Source: Pseudogymnoascus verrucosus (lineage: Eukaryota). From it: a DNA stretch of 64,000 bases. The stretch is from assembly GCA_001662655.1 (NCBI GenBank), contig KV460208.1; one strand, given 5' to 3'. A model generated the notes under the pieces. It was not told the DNA's origin, made no database searches, and was given only the letters and a program-made list of their open reading frames with translations. The translations under genes were made by a program, and so were the position numbers. Positions 36,874 to 49,374 of this stretch are shown here, one piece after another (positions within the stretch are counted from its first letter, which is position 1; the number at the start of each line of letters is the position of its first letter).

Positions 36874-39375
36874 TCACGACGCCAACGCATCCTGTTCCGC
36901 CTCACTAGGCGGCAAATGCGTCCCCCGCGCCACCACCGGTCCCTCATCCTTCTCCCACAGCGCCCCCGGCCCGCCATAACTCGGCTCCTCAAACGCCCCC
37001 AAGCTCCCCCTCACTGGATTCGACGGACGTCTCTGCAAATCCGCCACCCCCGGACTCGACACCACTACGCCCTCGGAGCCAAACGGCAGCGGCCGCTGCG
37101 GAATCTCCTTCCCCCCACCCCCTTCCCCGAGCTCCCTCCCTAGAACCTCCGATTGTCTTCTGGCGAGCGCCTCCAGCTGGGCCGCTGGATCCTGTACTAG
37201 TATTAAGATCAAGAGTCTTGCAAAACATGTCCATAGCTGCATGCATACCCATTCAGTCTGTGCGGGGACCCCCTCCGCGACGGGCAGCTCGCCCTCGTCG
37301 CCATTGTCGTCGCCTCCGCCTTGGAACTTGGGCCGCCTGATCGGCGCCGGCGTCACGGGCAGGCTAGGCCGCTCGATCTCGGTAGGGAAGTCGGTGACGC
37401 GCACACTCGCGCGACGCCGTCCCGATCCGGGTAGTCCATCCTCGTTGATGCCGGAGCCGTAGCCTTGGAGCACTTGAATATTGCCCTTGCGGTTCTTCTG
37501 CAGGGCGCCGATGTAGCGCTCGATTTCGGGGATGTCGTCCCACGCGTTGCGCGAGTTGCTAGAGAATGAGTGCCATGGGTCGGAGGGGATGGTTGTTACC
37601 GTTGATGCCGGGGAGGTGGCTTGGTCGGTCGCCTCGCCGTCGTCGGTGGGCTCTAGGCTGGTTGGTTGAAGGTCTTCATCTTCTGCGAATACCCTCGTGG
37701 GCCTGGGAGCGTCCTTGGTCTCCCATGGGAAAATTGGGGCGGGCTTCTGGTATGTTGGGGTCTTTGGTACTTCGTAGTACATGTCTTTGGGAGGATCCGG
37801 ATACCTCTCCGGGGCCTTGTATGGTGTAGGATCGGAAGACATGGAGTATTGAGTAGCGGGAAAGTTCGCAGCCTCCGGTTTTGAGCCAGAAGGTGGTGCA
37901 GACCTATTTAATTAGCTAACGTGACTCAGAGTGATGCAGTACTTACCTTGACGCATCCCATGCCGCGAACGGCGCAACAAACGGAGGAGCTACTGGTTCA
38001 TGAGCAAACTGTGGCGGCGTGGCAGATGGCAACGGTGCTGAACTAGGCGGTAAGTACGCCGGTCCAGGTCCAGATTCCGCGGGGGGGTTTCCATGTGGGA
38101 TTGGGAGCTGACCGGATATTAATTGTTCTGGTGCAGACGCCACGGGCTCCGGTGGGTATGATGCTGGTCCTGGGACATAAGGCGCGGGCGACGGATCGAA
38201 TGGTGCGGGCTCTGGAATAGGTTCAACATGGTCAGCCGGCTTTTCATTTTCTATCTGGGTCGTCTCGCGGAAGGATTCCTCAACAGGGACTGGGCCAAGG
38301 GTCGTAACAGGTTCCGGGGAAATGATCTCACTCTGATCGTGGCTGATGTTGACGTGGCTGTAGTTCGGGGGTTGGAATTCGCCCTTCACGTAGTACTGGA
38401 CAGTCGGCGATTTCTAGAATGTGTCAGTGAGTAGTCACGCAGCCCGGACGTAACAAACGTACAGTGCCTCTGTAATGCCGGTCGTATACCGCCCACCACC
38501 TTCCGGTTATCTCATCGAACGGACCGGATCCATGGCTAGCCTCTCTCCCCTGGGTCCACGGCTTCTCCTTCCCAATAAAATGCGTCGCGCTTATACTCGA
38601 CTGGAAGTGTTTATACGCCGGGATATACTGATAATGAGCGCTCGGGGTGACATTATACGTGAAACTCAAGCGATTGAAGCTATTCTTGAAGTGCATATTC
38701 AGCAATCCCTGATCGGCTCCATCAAACGAGATTCCGCGCTGCGCCATAGCGTACAGCGCCCAGTAATCCCCCATGTTGGGAGTAAGCACCATCAGCCCGG
38801 TGTTGAAGATATCCGGCCACCCAATATCCGGCGCCGCGGAGAAAGCGGCCTCAACGGCAAACAGCTCGTCCGGGGCGCGCCACGCCACCATATCCGCGTC
38901 CATATACACGATGCGTCGGAACTGGAGCTGTTTCCAGAGCGTGATCTTGGTAAAGGTCGAGTGCAGGTCGACGCGGTCCATCAGGGAGAGGTTCTGGGGC
39001 TGTTGGTTCACCATGCGGTCGACGGGGATGATGTGGTCGTAGACTCTCTGGGATTTCGCGCGTTAGATACATGCACGTAGAATTGATGCCGGGGATGGGG
39101 AAATACCTGTAACTCCACCATGGCGTCCACAGAGACGCTGTCGAGCGTGACGAGCACAGCGAGTTTCTTCGTCGTCCCCGCATCTCGTAACGAATGGGCC
39201 AACACAAGAGCACCTGTACAGACTCAGCATCATCGCATTGGCTTTCGAGGGCACTTTAAACTTACCTGGCAGATACAAGTCATTCAGCAGCAGCTACAGC
39301 TTCAATTAGCAGGTGTAAGTCGCTGGTGGTGTTGCAAGCTCAACGTACCGTGGCGTACACATCTTCAGTCGCCAT
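36874..39375 (-). CDS. GLG1: Glycogenin (GT8 self-glucosylating initiator) with a long Pro-rich C-terminus, multi-exon
   Basis: MATEDVYAT/LLLNDLYLP/GALVLAHSLRDAGT, TFTKITLW, YMDAD, APDIGWPDIFNTG, SFDGADQGLLN, HFIGKEKPW; fungal PIFPWE, NAWD and ERPSLPVTPAP motifs. Confidence 0.93.
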
Positions 39376-40491
39376 GGCCGCGACAAGACGGGACTCCCTT
39401 CTCTTAACGATAGCAACACCAGTAAGTAGGTCCCTCCTTCCGTTAAAAGATCACAGAAAAGCAGCTTTGTTAGATACCCTCAGATTCGTGCCTGCCGTGT
39501 AAATAAAACACAAAGACACAAGCTCCGTACCCAGGTATCAAAAGCTGGTCAAAATGGGCACCAACAAGAATGGCGGGCGGGAGATTCGATGACGCTTGGG
39601 CGGGTAGTCTTGAGGTACTGTATACACTCTGGCGGTGGTTTACTGGTGGTATAAACAGCTTATGGATAAATATTGCGGGTCCTGTTTTCCTTATCCCCCA
39701 CGTAAATTGGGCCAGACACAGAGGTACTAGAAGGAGCGGGGAAATTACACGGAGCGGTTGAGCGCTCAACACCGAACGCGGTGCAAGCTGCATGAAGAGA
39801 ACTATAGCTGATTCATATATGTATGGTTTATGTACCAACCCGGGGTTCAGCTATTTTTGTTTTGTTTTGCTCATACAGGTAAATGAATGTACAACAGCCA
39901 CCAGAGAGTTGTGGCAAAAACAAAAAAATATATAGCTTATATATAGCTGTGACGACATATATATATAATAACGCGTCTGTCTCAGTTGTTGATGGCTGGT
40001 TACCGTTACCCTTCCTCCTAGCTTTGTCCAATTACCATTCCTCCTACGAACCTCTAGCACGTTAAATGGTCCTATCCGTTCCCTTTGTGCACTTGTGGAG
40101 CGCTCCGTGCCTTTTTTGAACCCCTACTTTACTGTGCATGACACCATTCGCCGATCGAGCTGTGATTGGACTCAAAATGTCCAGTGTGTACCCCAACTTA
40201 GACGTTGTGCAGATATTGGGCATGGCCTCACCCGCCGTTAAATGCCGCCTCCATGCCCATTCACAGCCGCAATCACAATAGCAACCACACATAGAAATAA
40301 TAAACCCAAGTCTTTTCAATTCCTCGTACACAAAGTGGTATAGCTTACAGACGCCAGCCCCATAATCTAAGTTAGGGGCGCGAAAAGATATAATAAAAAC
40401 GCCAGTTTCATGCTCTCCGCCGCCCACAACCCTCGATCTTCCCTTTTCTTTTCCTTCCAGTCATACAGTCCGTTTATCAGCCGCTCGTCCC

Positions 40492-43330
40492 TTACGCGTT
40501 CTCGACTTCCTCGACTTCCTCAACGCTCGCGGCCTTAGCTTTGCCCTTTCCTTTCGCGTCTTTCTCTGATGTAGGCGCCTCCTTAGGTGCAGCTGAACCA
40601 TTGGCAGCTGAACCATTCGCAACCGAGCCATTCGCAGCGACATCATCAGTTGCTCTCACAGTTTCATGTACCTCATCCGCCTGCACCAACGAGGGAAGTG
40701 TCACCGGGTCCGCAGCTAAGGGTGATGTAACAGCAGCGGCTGTTACATCACCCTTAGCCGCCTCACCCGCCTGCTGTCCAGGGAATACAAAAGGCGCGCT
40801 CCAATCCGGTAGCGGTGCCTCATCGGTCTCCTCCGTACTAGGTGTAGCTTCAGGATCCTCGCTTGAAGACGAGGATGGCTCTACCAAAGGCACTGTCGGA
40901 GTCGGTTCTATAGAGGGCCCAGGAGCGGCCAGCAGAGGATTAGGCACAACCTCTACCGGAGCAAAATTTGCGGCGGCTGCTGAAGGAGCTGCCATCTCTA
41001 CCGGGCTAGAATCTGCAGCAGCTTCTGGATGAGCTACTATAGGATCGGCCACAAGCGATGTACCACTCGTATCCGTTGGCGTAACCCCGGTCTCCCCAAC
41101 GACCGGTGCCCCTTGCGGCTGCGTTGCTAGATCCGCCAGCCCAGTGGCGGGCAAACTAACCTCACCAGTCGCCGGAGCCGCATCCTGTGCACCCGAAGGC
41201 CCGGCTTGCGGCTGTAACAGCGTATCCATATTCTGCAACGGCAACAGCGACCAACCCTCTGGAATCGTAACCCCAGGAGGCAAATCCGGGCTCCCGCTCG
41301 GAATAGCCGTCGTACTCGCAAACTGCTCATGGCGCTGCACAAACGACAGCGGGGCAGCTCCGACAGTCGTTCGCGTTTCCGGCTGAGGCTGCTGGTGATC
41401 AGGCGCACGTAGCTGGCGCAGGCGGAGTAGTTCAGCTTGCAGATGGCGGACGAGGACGAGCTCCGTCTGCGCGACGGAGAGACTCTGGATCTCCTGGACG
41501 ATGTGCTGCTCGAGGTGTTGTAATTGGGATTGCACATTCGCTGCTCCCGAAGGCGGGGCATACATGCCCTGAGGGGCTTGGGGGTGTCTCATTCCCTGGG
41601 GTGGAGGGGGGAAGCCCATCTCGAATCCGTAGACGCGCGCGTTGGGCGGGATGGGGGCTTGGCCCGGTGGCACGCCCGGGAAGGCTTGCTGGTTCGGCGG
41701 TGGGCCAAAATCAATCATCTCGTCGCGACCAAAAGCAAATCGTATGGGTCCAATGTTGATGCCTCTAGCGACGTGTACCCGTGCTCTATTATCAGCAACG
41801 GGTGGGCCTTGCGGGAGGGGAAGCTGGCCGGGAAGATGGGGTTGGGCTCCTGGTGGTCTTGGTGCCTGGGCTCCTGCGGGTCTGGTATCGACGACGGGTC
41901 GGCGGCACGTTGGACAAACTTGCTGTCTTTCGAGCCAGCTCTTCAAGCATCCAAGGTGCAGAACGTGTCCACACGGTAGTTTCTTTGGTCGGGACCGCTC
42001 GCTGATTATCGGGCTTCGGGCAACAGGTGGGGGGGGAGCGCCTGCTGCTGGAGCACCGGGTGCTGGATTTGTGACAGACCAGGGCGTCATCTCTTCTCTG
42101 CAGATAATGCAGGTATCCTCTCGCTGGATTTCTTCCTCGGTAGCGTCGGGGTATCTCTGGTTCATATCTCTCGTCGCATTCCTGTATTTCAGGAATGCAC
42201 TAAGACGCTTGAGGAACGAACGCGCGGTGAGGAATAGGTCGCGCATAATATGGATGGGCAGACCGTAGAAGGTCAGAAGGATGCAGAAGAAGGCAGAGTA
42301 GATACCCAGCTTGACGAAATCTAAAGAGCACATCAGTAAACGGAAAAGTAAGAGTGAACCAAATGAATTCTTGCATACCAGTCATGAGGTCAAGGGTCAA
42401 CACCCAATGACCCTTCGTCTCCCATCCAGGTGGTTCGATGTCCATCTCTTCAATATCATCTTCCGAGGGCAATGGCTCCTCGGCTGCTTCAGTTGATAGT
42501 GGCTCGCCGCTAGCAGCCGCAGCCTCTCTCTCTCTGATCATCTCCTGTCGTTGCCTCCTAACTTCGGCCCTCCGGCTCTCCAGCATCTCCTGCGTCTGTA
42601 GCTTTATGACCTTCGCCTCGATCAAGGAGATTCCATAGCGCAGGGCCGTCGAGAACGACGACGCCGTCAGAATCGCAAACTCGAACAGGAACATAACCAT
42701 CATATTCGGCTTAGCCTGCTGGATGACCGAGTTTATAGCATATGAAAGCAGACAGGCGTCGTAGATAATGGACATGGTCAGAGAGATCGAGAGTCGTATG
42801 TGGAACAGCCGCGGATTTGCAGGCGGTTGCTGCTCCAGTATTTCCACCCTTCCTTCTCCAATCCATCCCCATACCTTCCCGGCCATCAATCCCACGAACA
42901 TGACGAGGAACCAGGCCCCGACTTCATCGCGGAATATGGTCATGGCCAGACATGTCTCGGTGATGGCGAACCATCCCTTCTCGTAGAGCTGCTCGACTTC
43001 GATTGGGCGTAACGGGCCGTAGCATATTCGCTGGAGGCAGTATATGAAAGATGCGACGACGAAGAGCGCCAGGTTTGTGAGGACCTACAGTAAGATGGTT
43101 AGTCCGCGCCTTGTGATAGATTAGGGGTCCCGGCCTAGCTCACCATTAAAGACAAATTGCTCTGCGACAAATAAACACACGCCGAATAGAAATTCGGCCT
43201 CTGATTGAAAGCATGTACTATCACTCCCGCAGCTAGAGCTGTCGAAGCCTAAATCATCCATTAGTTGCCTATTCCCCCAAAACTCCCCAGGTCACTCGGA
43301 GCTCACCCCAGCATAAGCTACGAGTCGCAT
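40492..43330 (-). CDS. HRD1: ERAD E3 ubiquitin ligase Hrd1/synoviolin (4 exons)
   Basis: [14 protein letters not shown]...[45 protein letters not shown], and RING-H2 CIICREEM...[26 protein letters not shown]. Confidence 0.95.
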
Positions 43331-43874
43331 CGTGTGACAGCTCCAATTCCCAGCCCTCTGAATTTGTTGAGTGTGCTGGCGCAGATGGGCTTATGTGCCC
43401 ATAGTCAGCGGAGCTTGCGGATTGGCACGGCACCTCTCTGGTTGCGGTCGTGGTGTTGATGCCAGGCAGGCGTTTGAAGCCACGTCGATGGATTCGTGAT
43501 GCAATGGCTCCGCTCCGTCGTTCCGCCACAGTATAAGCCGCGACTTCCTTGCTTTCTCGACTCACCGCCCACGATTCTGCCGCGTATGTAACACCGCTCG
43601 GCACTTCCATAGACACCGTACTATCTACTGATGGATACTAATAACTGCGACCTGTCATTCAATGATTACATATCTACAACACGAGGACATAATTATTAGA
43701 GTGAAAATTAGCTTTTTTCTTGTACTTGCTATAGGTCTCTACTATATGTAGGACTCTGCTACAACCCTGGCGCCAAAATAACACCGTGCCCATTTCGCTA
43801 TTATATAATACAAATCCATCGTCCCTATCGACCGCCGATGGTAATCCCTTCCCAGCTTTCCACGCGCCGTTTCC

Positions 43875-45236
43875 TCACATATCCTTCTTAAACGTGTGCT
43901 CTGGCTTGTGCGTAGTCTCGTAGTCCACATGGACATACGCGCGCTCGATATCTGGCAGGCTCTCAATCTTGATCTGGAGCTCCTCTGCCACATCATGCGT
44001 AGCCCTCAGGGTCGCCTCTGGCGCCATCACGACGTCGACCTCGGCGATGAGCCTGGGTCCGCTGTGGTAGCAGCGCACGGTATCGATGGCGATGATGTCA
44101 GGAGAGTGAGTAAGGCATGTGTACGTAAGAAGCTGGTGCATGTCCACGGGTCCTGTAACTCCAACCAAGAGCATGAACTCAGAGAAGGCGGTGCGCAACC
44201 AGATGATGGAAACGATAACGGAGAGAATGATGGCGCCCATAGGATCGATCCACCACTTGAGCTTGGAGCCACCGACGGAGGTGAGGATACCGAAGCCGTT
44301 GATCAGGAGGTCATTGCGGTGATCCTTCCAGAGAATCATGATCTGCGAGTTCTTATCCTTCAAGGCCCAGCAGTATAGGAACAAGCAAAACTTGGTGATG
44401 AATGCAACAGCGACGGCGACGACGGCGGGAAGGTGAAAGCCGTTGGTCTCTGCATCTTTGGTTGTCACGAGATCCTTAATAGAGAAGGCAATCAGGATGG
44501 AAGACACGGCGATCATGATGAAGCAGAAAGAGATGTTGCCAACGGTTTCCAATCGCGCCTTTCCAGAGGGGAATTTCCTTGAGTCAACCCTTGACACAGC
44601 GCGGTTGGCAACAATCAGGGCAACGTTCGACAACGGGTCGAAAACCGCGTCTGCCATCGTCGTAAACAGAGAGAGCGATCCGGATGCAATAGCACCGTAT
44701 AGCTGTAGGCCGGACAACACGATGTTGGCAATCAGCGACCCGTAAATTGCAATCTGGAACTTCAAGTGATTGTCTCCAGCCTCCTGCCTAGCCTCCTCAA
44801 CGTGATGGTCCACGGGTTTGAGCAGGCGCTCGATATTCTCATTTTGTGTCTTGTAGAAGCCCTGGAGTTTCTTCGCTCTCGCTGAATCTTTGTTCAGCGT
44901 CAAGGGCCCGAAGCCATCGCGCTTCCTCGATGAGTTGGCGCGGATGGCTTCGAGTTCGGTCTCAGACTTGAACTTCGCAGAAAGATTGTATGGATCGTTT
45001 TCGCGGGTGTATTGTGGCGGGTGCTGCCCTTCGACATCTGTGGCGCTCATGACGTGTCGAGCAGTTGGCTCGTTGCCCTCAGGATGTTCAAGGTCTATTG
45101 CGGTTGTTGAGGCATCCTTATCGTGAGGGGCTGGTGTTCTATGGCCTGATCTTGTAGATTCTGGGCGGTTCGGATGCATATGAAACAGATGCGGGTGCAT
45201 CGTGATGCTGTTGCTGAGATCTGGTGAATAGTCCAT
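43875..45236 (-). CDS. Cation diffusion facilitator (Mn-CDF / MTP8-11-like); alternative start at 45299
   Basis: SLSLFTTMADAVFDP, FPSGKARLE, WKDHRND, WWIDPMGA, HDVAEELQIKIESLPDIERAYVHVDYE. The DxxxD site is typical of Mn-CDFs. Confidence 0.92.
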   Translation of the reverse strand: MDYSPDLSNSITMHPHLFHMHPNRPESTRSGHRTPAPHDKDASTTAIDLEHPEGNEPTARHVMSATDVEGQHPPQYTRENDPYNLSAKFKSETELEAIRANSSRKRDGFGPLTLNKDSARAKKLQGFYKTQNENIERLLKPVDHHVEEARQEAGDNHLKFQIAIYGSLIANIVLSGLQLYGAIASGSLSLFTTMADAVFDPLSNVALIVANRAVSRVDSRKFPSGKARLETVGNISFCFIMIAVSSILIAFSIKDLVTTKDAETNGFHLPAVVAVAVAFITKFCLFLYCWALKDKNSQIMILWKDHRNDLLINGFGILTSVGGSKLKWWIDPMGAIILSVIVSIIWLRTAFSEFMLLVGVTGPVDMHQLLTYTCLTHSPDIIAIDTVRCYHSGPRLIAEVDVVMAPEATLRATHDVAEELQIKIESLPDIERAYVHVDYETTHKPEHTFKKDM

Positions 45237-48042
45237 GATGACTGATGGTGGTGTTGGATATTGGGCGTTGGATGGTGTAGGTCGGAAATGCCGGATCATG
45301 CGCGTTCAGAGGGTGTGGCAAGGAAATGTTATGGGTATCAATGATGTAGAAAAAGAAGTATGAGTTATTCCAATGCAGGTGGAATTGAATGAAATAAATA
45401 CCGGTCGTGAAGACACGGTTGTTGCTGTGTTGAAGCTTCTACCTGAAAGTTGTCCGCGTAACTCACCTTCGTTCAGTCATGAATATGACCCTTTCCAACA
45501 CACTTAGCTCCAGATAACAGGGCTGGCGTGCCTGGGCGGACCCACGTGCTGGCGATACCGGCGCCATAGGCAGCTGTTTAAAGAGAGGCAGCAACATTAA
45601 CAAGGCAGATCTCAATTCAGAAGTCTGGCATTGGATGTTCTCATCGCCTCGCCATGAAAAAATGACGGAGGAGGAGGAAAAATAAAATGTGTCCAAGCTG
45701 AAGCTCATCAAGCTCTGTTGCCGTGGGTACTCTGACGATTGGCGTCCGGGTCTTCCCTGGGCGATTCCGATGGCTGCCGAAAGCCTAAAGTCACCTGACT
45801 TGGGGTTCTGCTGGTGCCCGATCACCACAAGTTTTCGACATTTGAACTTCAGATCACAGAGCTTACGAATTGACAATTACGGGCGCGTTTTACTTTTTGT
45901 TTCTCATCAGAATGTTGAAACTCAAATATATCAATGTCAAACCAGGGAATATTACGTGAGATATGGAATTTGTGAGTCGGGTGCAATTATCGCGAGTAGT
46001 CCAGGTTGAAAGGCTGCGCACGACCTTGAACACCGAACAAGGTTTTGCAGGTATCACCAAAATTCCATTCCATTGAGCTCGGACAGTGATACGGAGAATT
46101 CGTCTGGGATCTACGTTTCAGAGGCATCATCAGATTTATGTCAAGTTCAGACGAGCTCTCCTTGAGTCTCCAGGATCCTCATGTTTCGACGCACGGACGT
46201 GGCTTGTTTCCTCAATGTGATGCTTGTTCGCAGCCCTGCGAACTTCAGCACGGTCGCGTTTCAGAGTCGCCAGACATAGATGAGTTTGCATATTTTTCCC
46301 TCTTGAAACGCAAGCTCACTAACAACTGCACTGGATATCGCGCATTGCTGACCGGACTCGAGTGATCTAGACTGCAGGTTTCCAGGAGGACAAGGACAAC
46401 ACCGACGCACAGTCGAGAGATATCACAGTGAGGGGTAACGGATTGCCTTTCGGGGCAACGTGTGCTACTGTTTGAAGCTTGGAAGGGTAGATGCGTTGAA
46501 ATGGTAGATGCGGGGCATGCTGGACCCTCTGTTGTGGGTAAAGTCAACCTTGGGAGAAGTCAAGCATTCTCTAGGTCACTTGTGTATCGCGGGAGCAAGT
46601 CTGTGCAAAGGCGCAAAGTCGCAAAAGCCTGGCCAAGACGGCGGCGCTGTGCTACATATATATATTTGCCACAGAGCTTAAGGCAGACAGCTGAAGACCC
46701 CATATTCCATGGTCATTGGTCGCTGGGATGGACCAAACATTGTCGCCCATCGACTTTGACGCCGACAACTGCGATGCATTAATAGCCAGTCTATTGATTC
46801 TGTAATCTATCTTGGGGGTGCCGCTGTGCTATTGGTGACTGCCGGGGTCATACTTAGTAGAGCGGGTCGACTAATTGGATATACGCGCCGGCTGCCACAA
46901 GCGATAGCCAAGCTTTTCCTAACAATAGGTCTCTAGCGGTCTTGCTAAAGGCGGCCCCATATGCCGTCCAATCATTGAACCCACAGGCCAATTACTCGTC
47001 ATCGCGGCTGCTATCCGTCCGGCGTGTCGCTTTACAGATTGAATATTGCTTCTCGAAGGATAAATCTGTATCTATCCAAGGAAAAGATTGTACTTTCTTG
47101 GCAGGGCATCCGGGCCGGTTGGCAAGCATATCCAGGAGAAGGGGAAAGGGCTCAAACTCGTCGTGTTGCCTAGGTCTTACTGTGCTCATACTCACCTTGT
47201 CGATTACTCTATCAGAAGCACTGACGAATCTTATCCGGGCCAAGTTTTTGGGAGAAAGCACGGTGTTTGTTTCACGGAGCGGAGTCGGCACTAACACAAT
47301 CGTCAGACGCGAAGCGTTTCCCGCCTTGCCTGTTTCCTCGTTGGAGAGAGGCTGGCCGGCCATACGGCGGCCCAAGCGTCTATCAAGAAGCCAATCCGGG
47401 GGTAGATCCCGATGTCACTCTGTGGAGGCACCATTCCCGGGCAACCCCAGCTAACAACCCCACTACATATGATTCCGACCACTGATGACCGATCAAGCAG
47501 GGGTCATGAGCTTCAACCTTCAGGGGTACACATCCCATCCCGACAACCACAACATCGTCAGACGGCCAATGATGATGGTCAGCGGCAGTCTTTCTCCCCT
47601 GCAGTGATCGGCCCTTGACCGTTCTGTGACACTAGGCGGACGCTTGACCAAATAGACCCTCGTTAAGAATAGATCCCAGTCGCGCGGCAGCAAAATGGCC
47701 AACCGCCCTATTTTCAGCACCCTTCTGTGAGCTGTTGGGGGTGTGGAGCGTCGTCGAAGAGGCGCCACGCGATATTCACGATCTCCGAGGACACCATGCC
47801 AGTCATTGCGTATAAGACAGAGCTGGTATCCGGCCCAAAGTAGGTCTGTCTACGATCATCAGCCTCTGAACTACCATCCTCCTCTATTTTCAGTTTCTTT
47901 CCTCTGTTGGGTCTTTTCCTTGAGTGTCTCTTACGTTTATATCTATTTTATCTACTTGGGCTATCTCATTGAAAGTTGAAACTGTACCTACGCCGTGTTT
48001 ATATCTACCTCAACAATCAACAACATCTCGCACATATCAACC

Positions 48043-48921
48043 ATGCGTTACTCGCTATGGATCGCAGCTGCGCTGGCGCCGTTTGCACTTGCCGCTCCAA
48101 AATACGACGGTTGGCTCCCCGCCCAACCATCGGACTCCAAGTTCATCTCCACATACTTCAACCAGCTCGCCCAGAAGGTCGGAGAGGGGAGGAAGTGGGC
48201 CTCCGCACCAGTCTGTGATCTAAGCAAGGCCGTGATGCCAGCTTGTAAGTCAACCCATATTCCAATCGCACGAGAAACCACTCTAACCCCTCCCGCAGCA
48301 ACAGAACCCCTACCCGCACCCGATGCCGGCACAACCCTCAAGCACGTCGCCATCGGCCGCGGCATCCAGAACTACACCTGCGACACCACCAACGCCACCG
48401 CAATCCCCAAGGCCATCGGCGCCGTAGCAACCCTCTACAACGCCTCGTGCGTCGCCGCCACCTCGCCCCTGGTCCTCAACACCCTCCCCGGCTTCGCCCT
48501 GCAATTCAACCTGGGCCCCAACCCCGCCGCCCCGAACCCCGCCAACCTCGAGGTCTCGGGCCTGCACTTCTTCACCGATGCCGGTGTCCCCTTTTTCAAC
48601 TTGGATACTGCGAAGCAGCAGATCGGAACGCTGCCATGTAGCAAGGCTGGTAGTGCGCCTGCCCCAGCAAGCGCGATCAAGGGACAAGGCAATAAGGGAG
48701 ATGGTGCTGTTGCATGGCTCAAGCTTACTGCTGTGGATGGCGCAACTGGCAACCTCGAGAGCGTCTACCGCCTCAACACTGCTGGTGGTAATCCGCCAAA
48801 GACATGCGAGGGAATGCCTGCCACATTCGAAGTTCAATATGCCGCCGAGTAAGTTATCCATACCTCCTACTCCCTTTGATCATTAACTAACAAACACAGG
48901 TACTGGTTTTTCCGCAACTAA
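48043..48921 (+). CDS. Secreted DUF3455-family protein (often mis-annotated as 'malate dehydrogenase'); 3 exons
   Basis: Signal peptide; LKHVAIGRGIQNYTC, AIGAVATLY, GLHFF, GAVAWLKL, VYRLNTAGGNPPKTC, VQYAAEYWFF. Introns 48245-48298 and 48849-48899. Confidence 0.88.
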
Positions 48922-49374
48922 AAAGTGTCAACGAGGCAGTGGCCAGTGTGAATAGGCGAGGCGAGCGTAGATATAATTCCTTCAATTCGGTAGCCGTCAG
49001 TGACGCGCTCTTCTCTCGTGCCGCAAGGTCATGATTGGGGGCATTTTGGGTAATGGAGTAATGGAGTTGTCATGTTTTTTACACTGGCGGAGTTTGTATT
49101 GTACATTTAGCTACTGAGCTATGACTCGAATAAGTAGATAGTGTGCAAATGAACTTCTTTGCTAATATCATTACTTATCTGTTGTGTGATTTATTAAATG
49201 TGTGCCTGGTGTGTGTCTAGGCGCTTAACAGAGGGGCTTATCTTGGCAAGTCTTGGAGCTTTTGGGGTCTGTGAAGATAGATGCAGCATATGGGAAGTTT
49301 TCGACAGAAATTTGCTTTATATGACATCTACGACAGTCGAATGGGTATCTTACTCTAACATCACCACCCTTCCC

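Noticed and set aside
40590..40640. 15-nt tandem repeat (AANGS)x3 in the HRD1 tail
   Set aside because: Ordinary coding slippage in a disordered region.
46138..47618. Several 70-170 aa ORFs between the CDF and DUF3455 genes
   Set aside because: No recognisable motifs or consistent splice structure.
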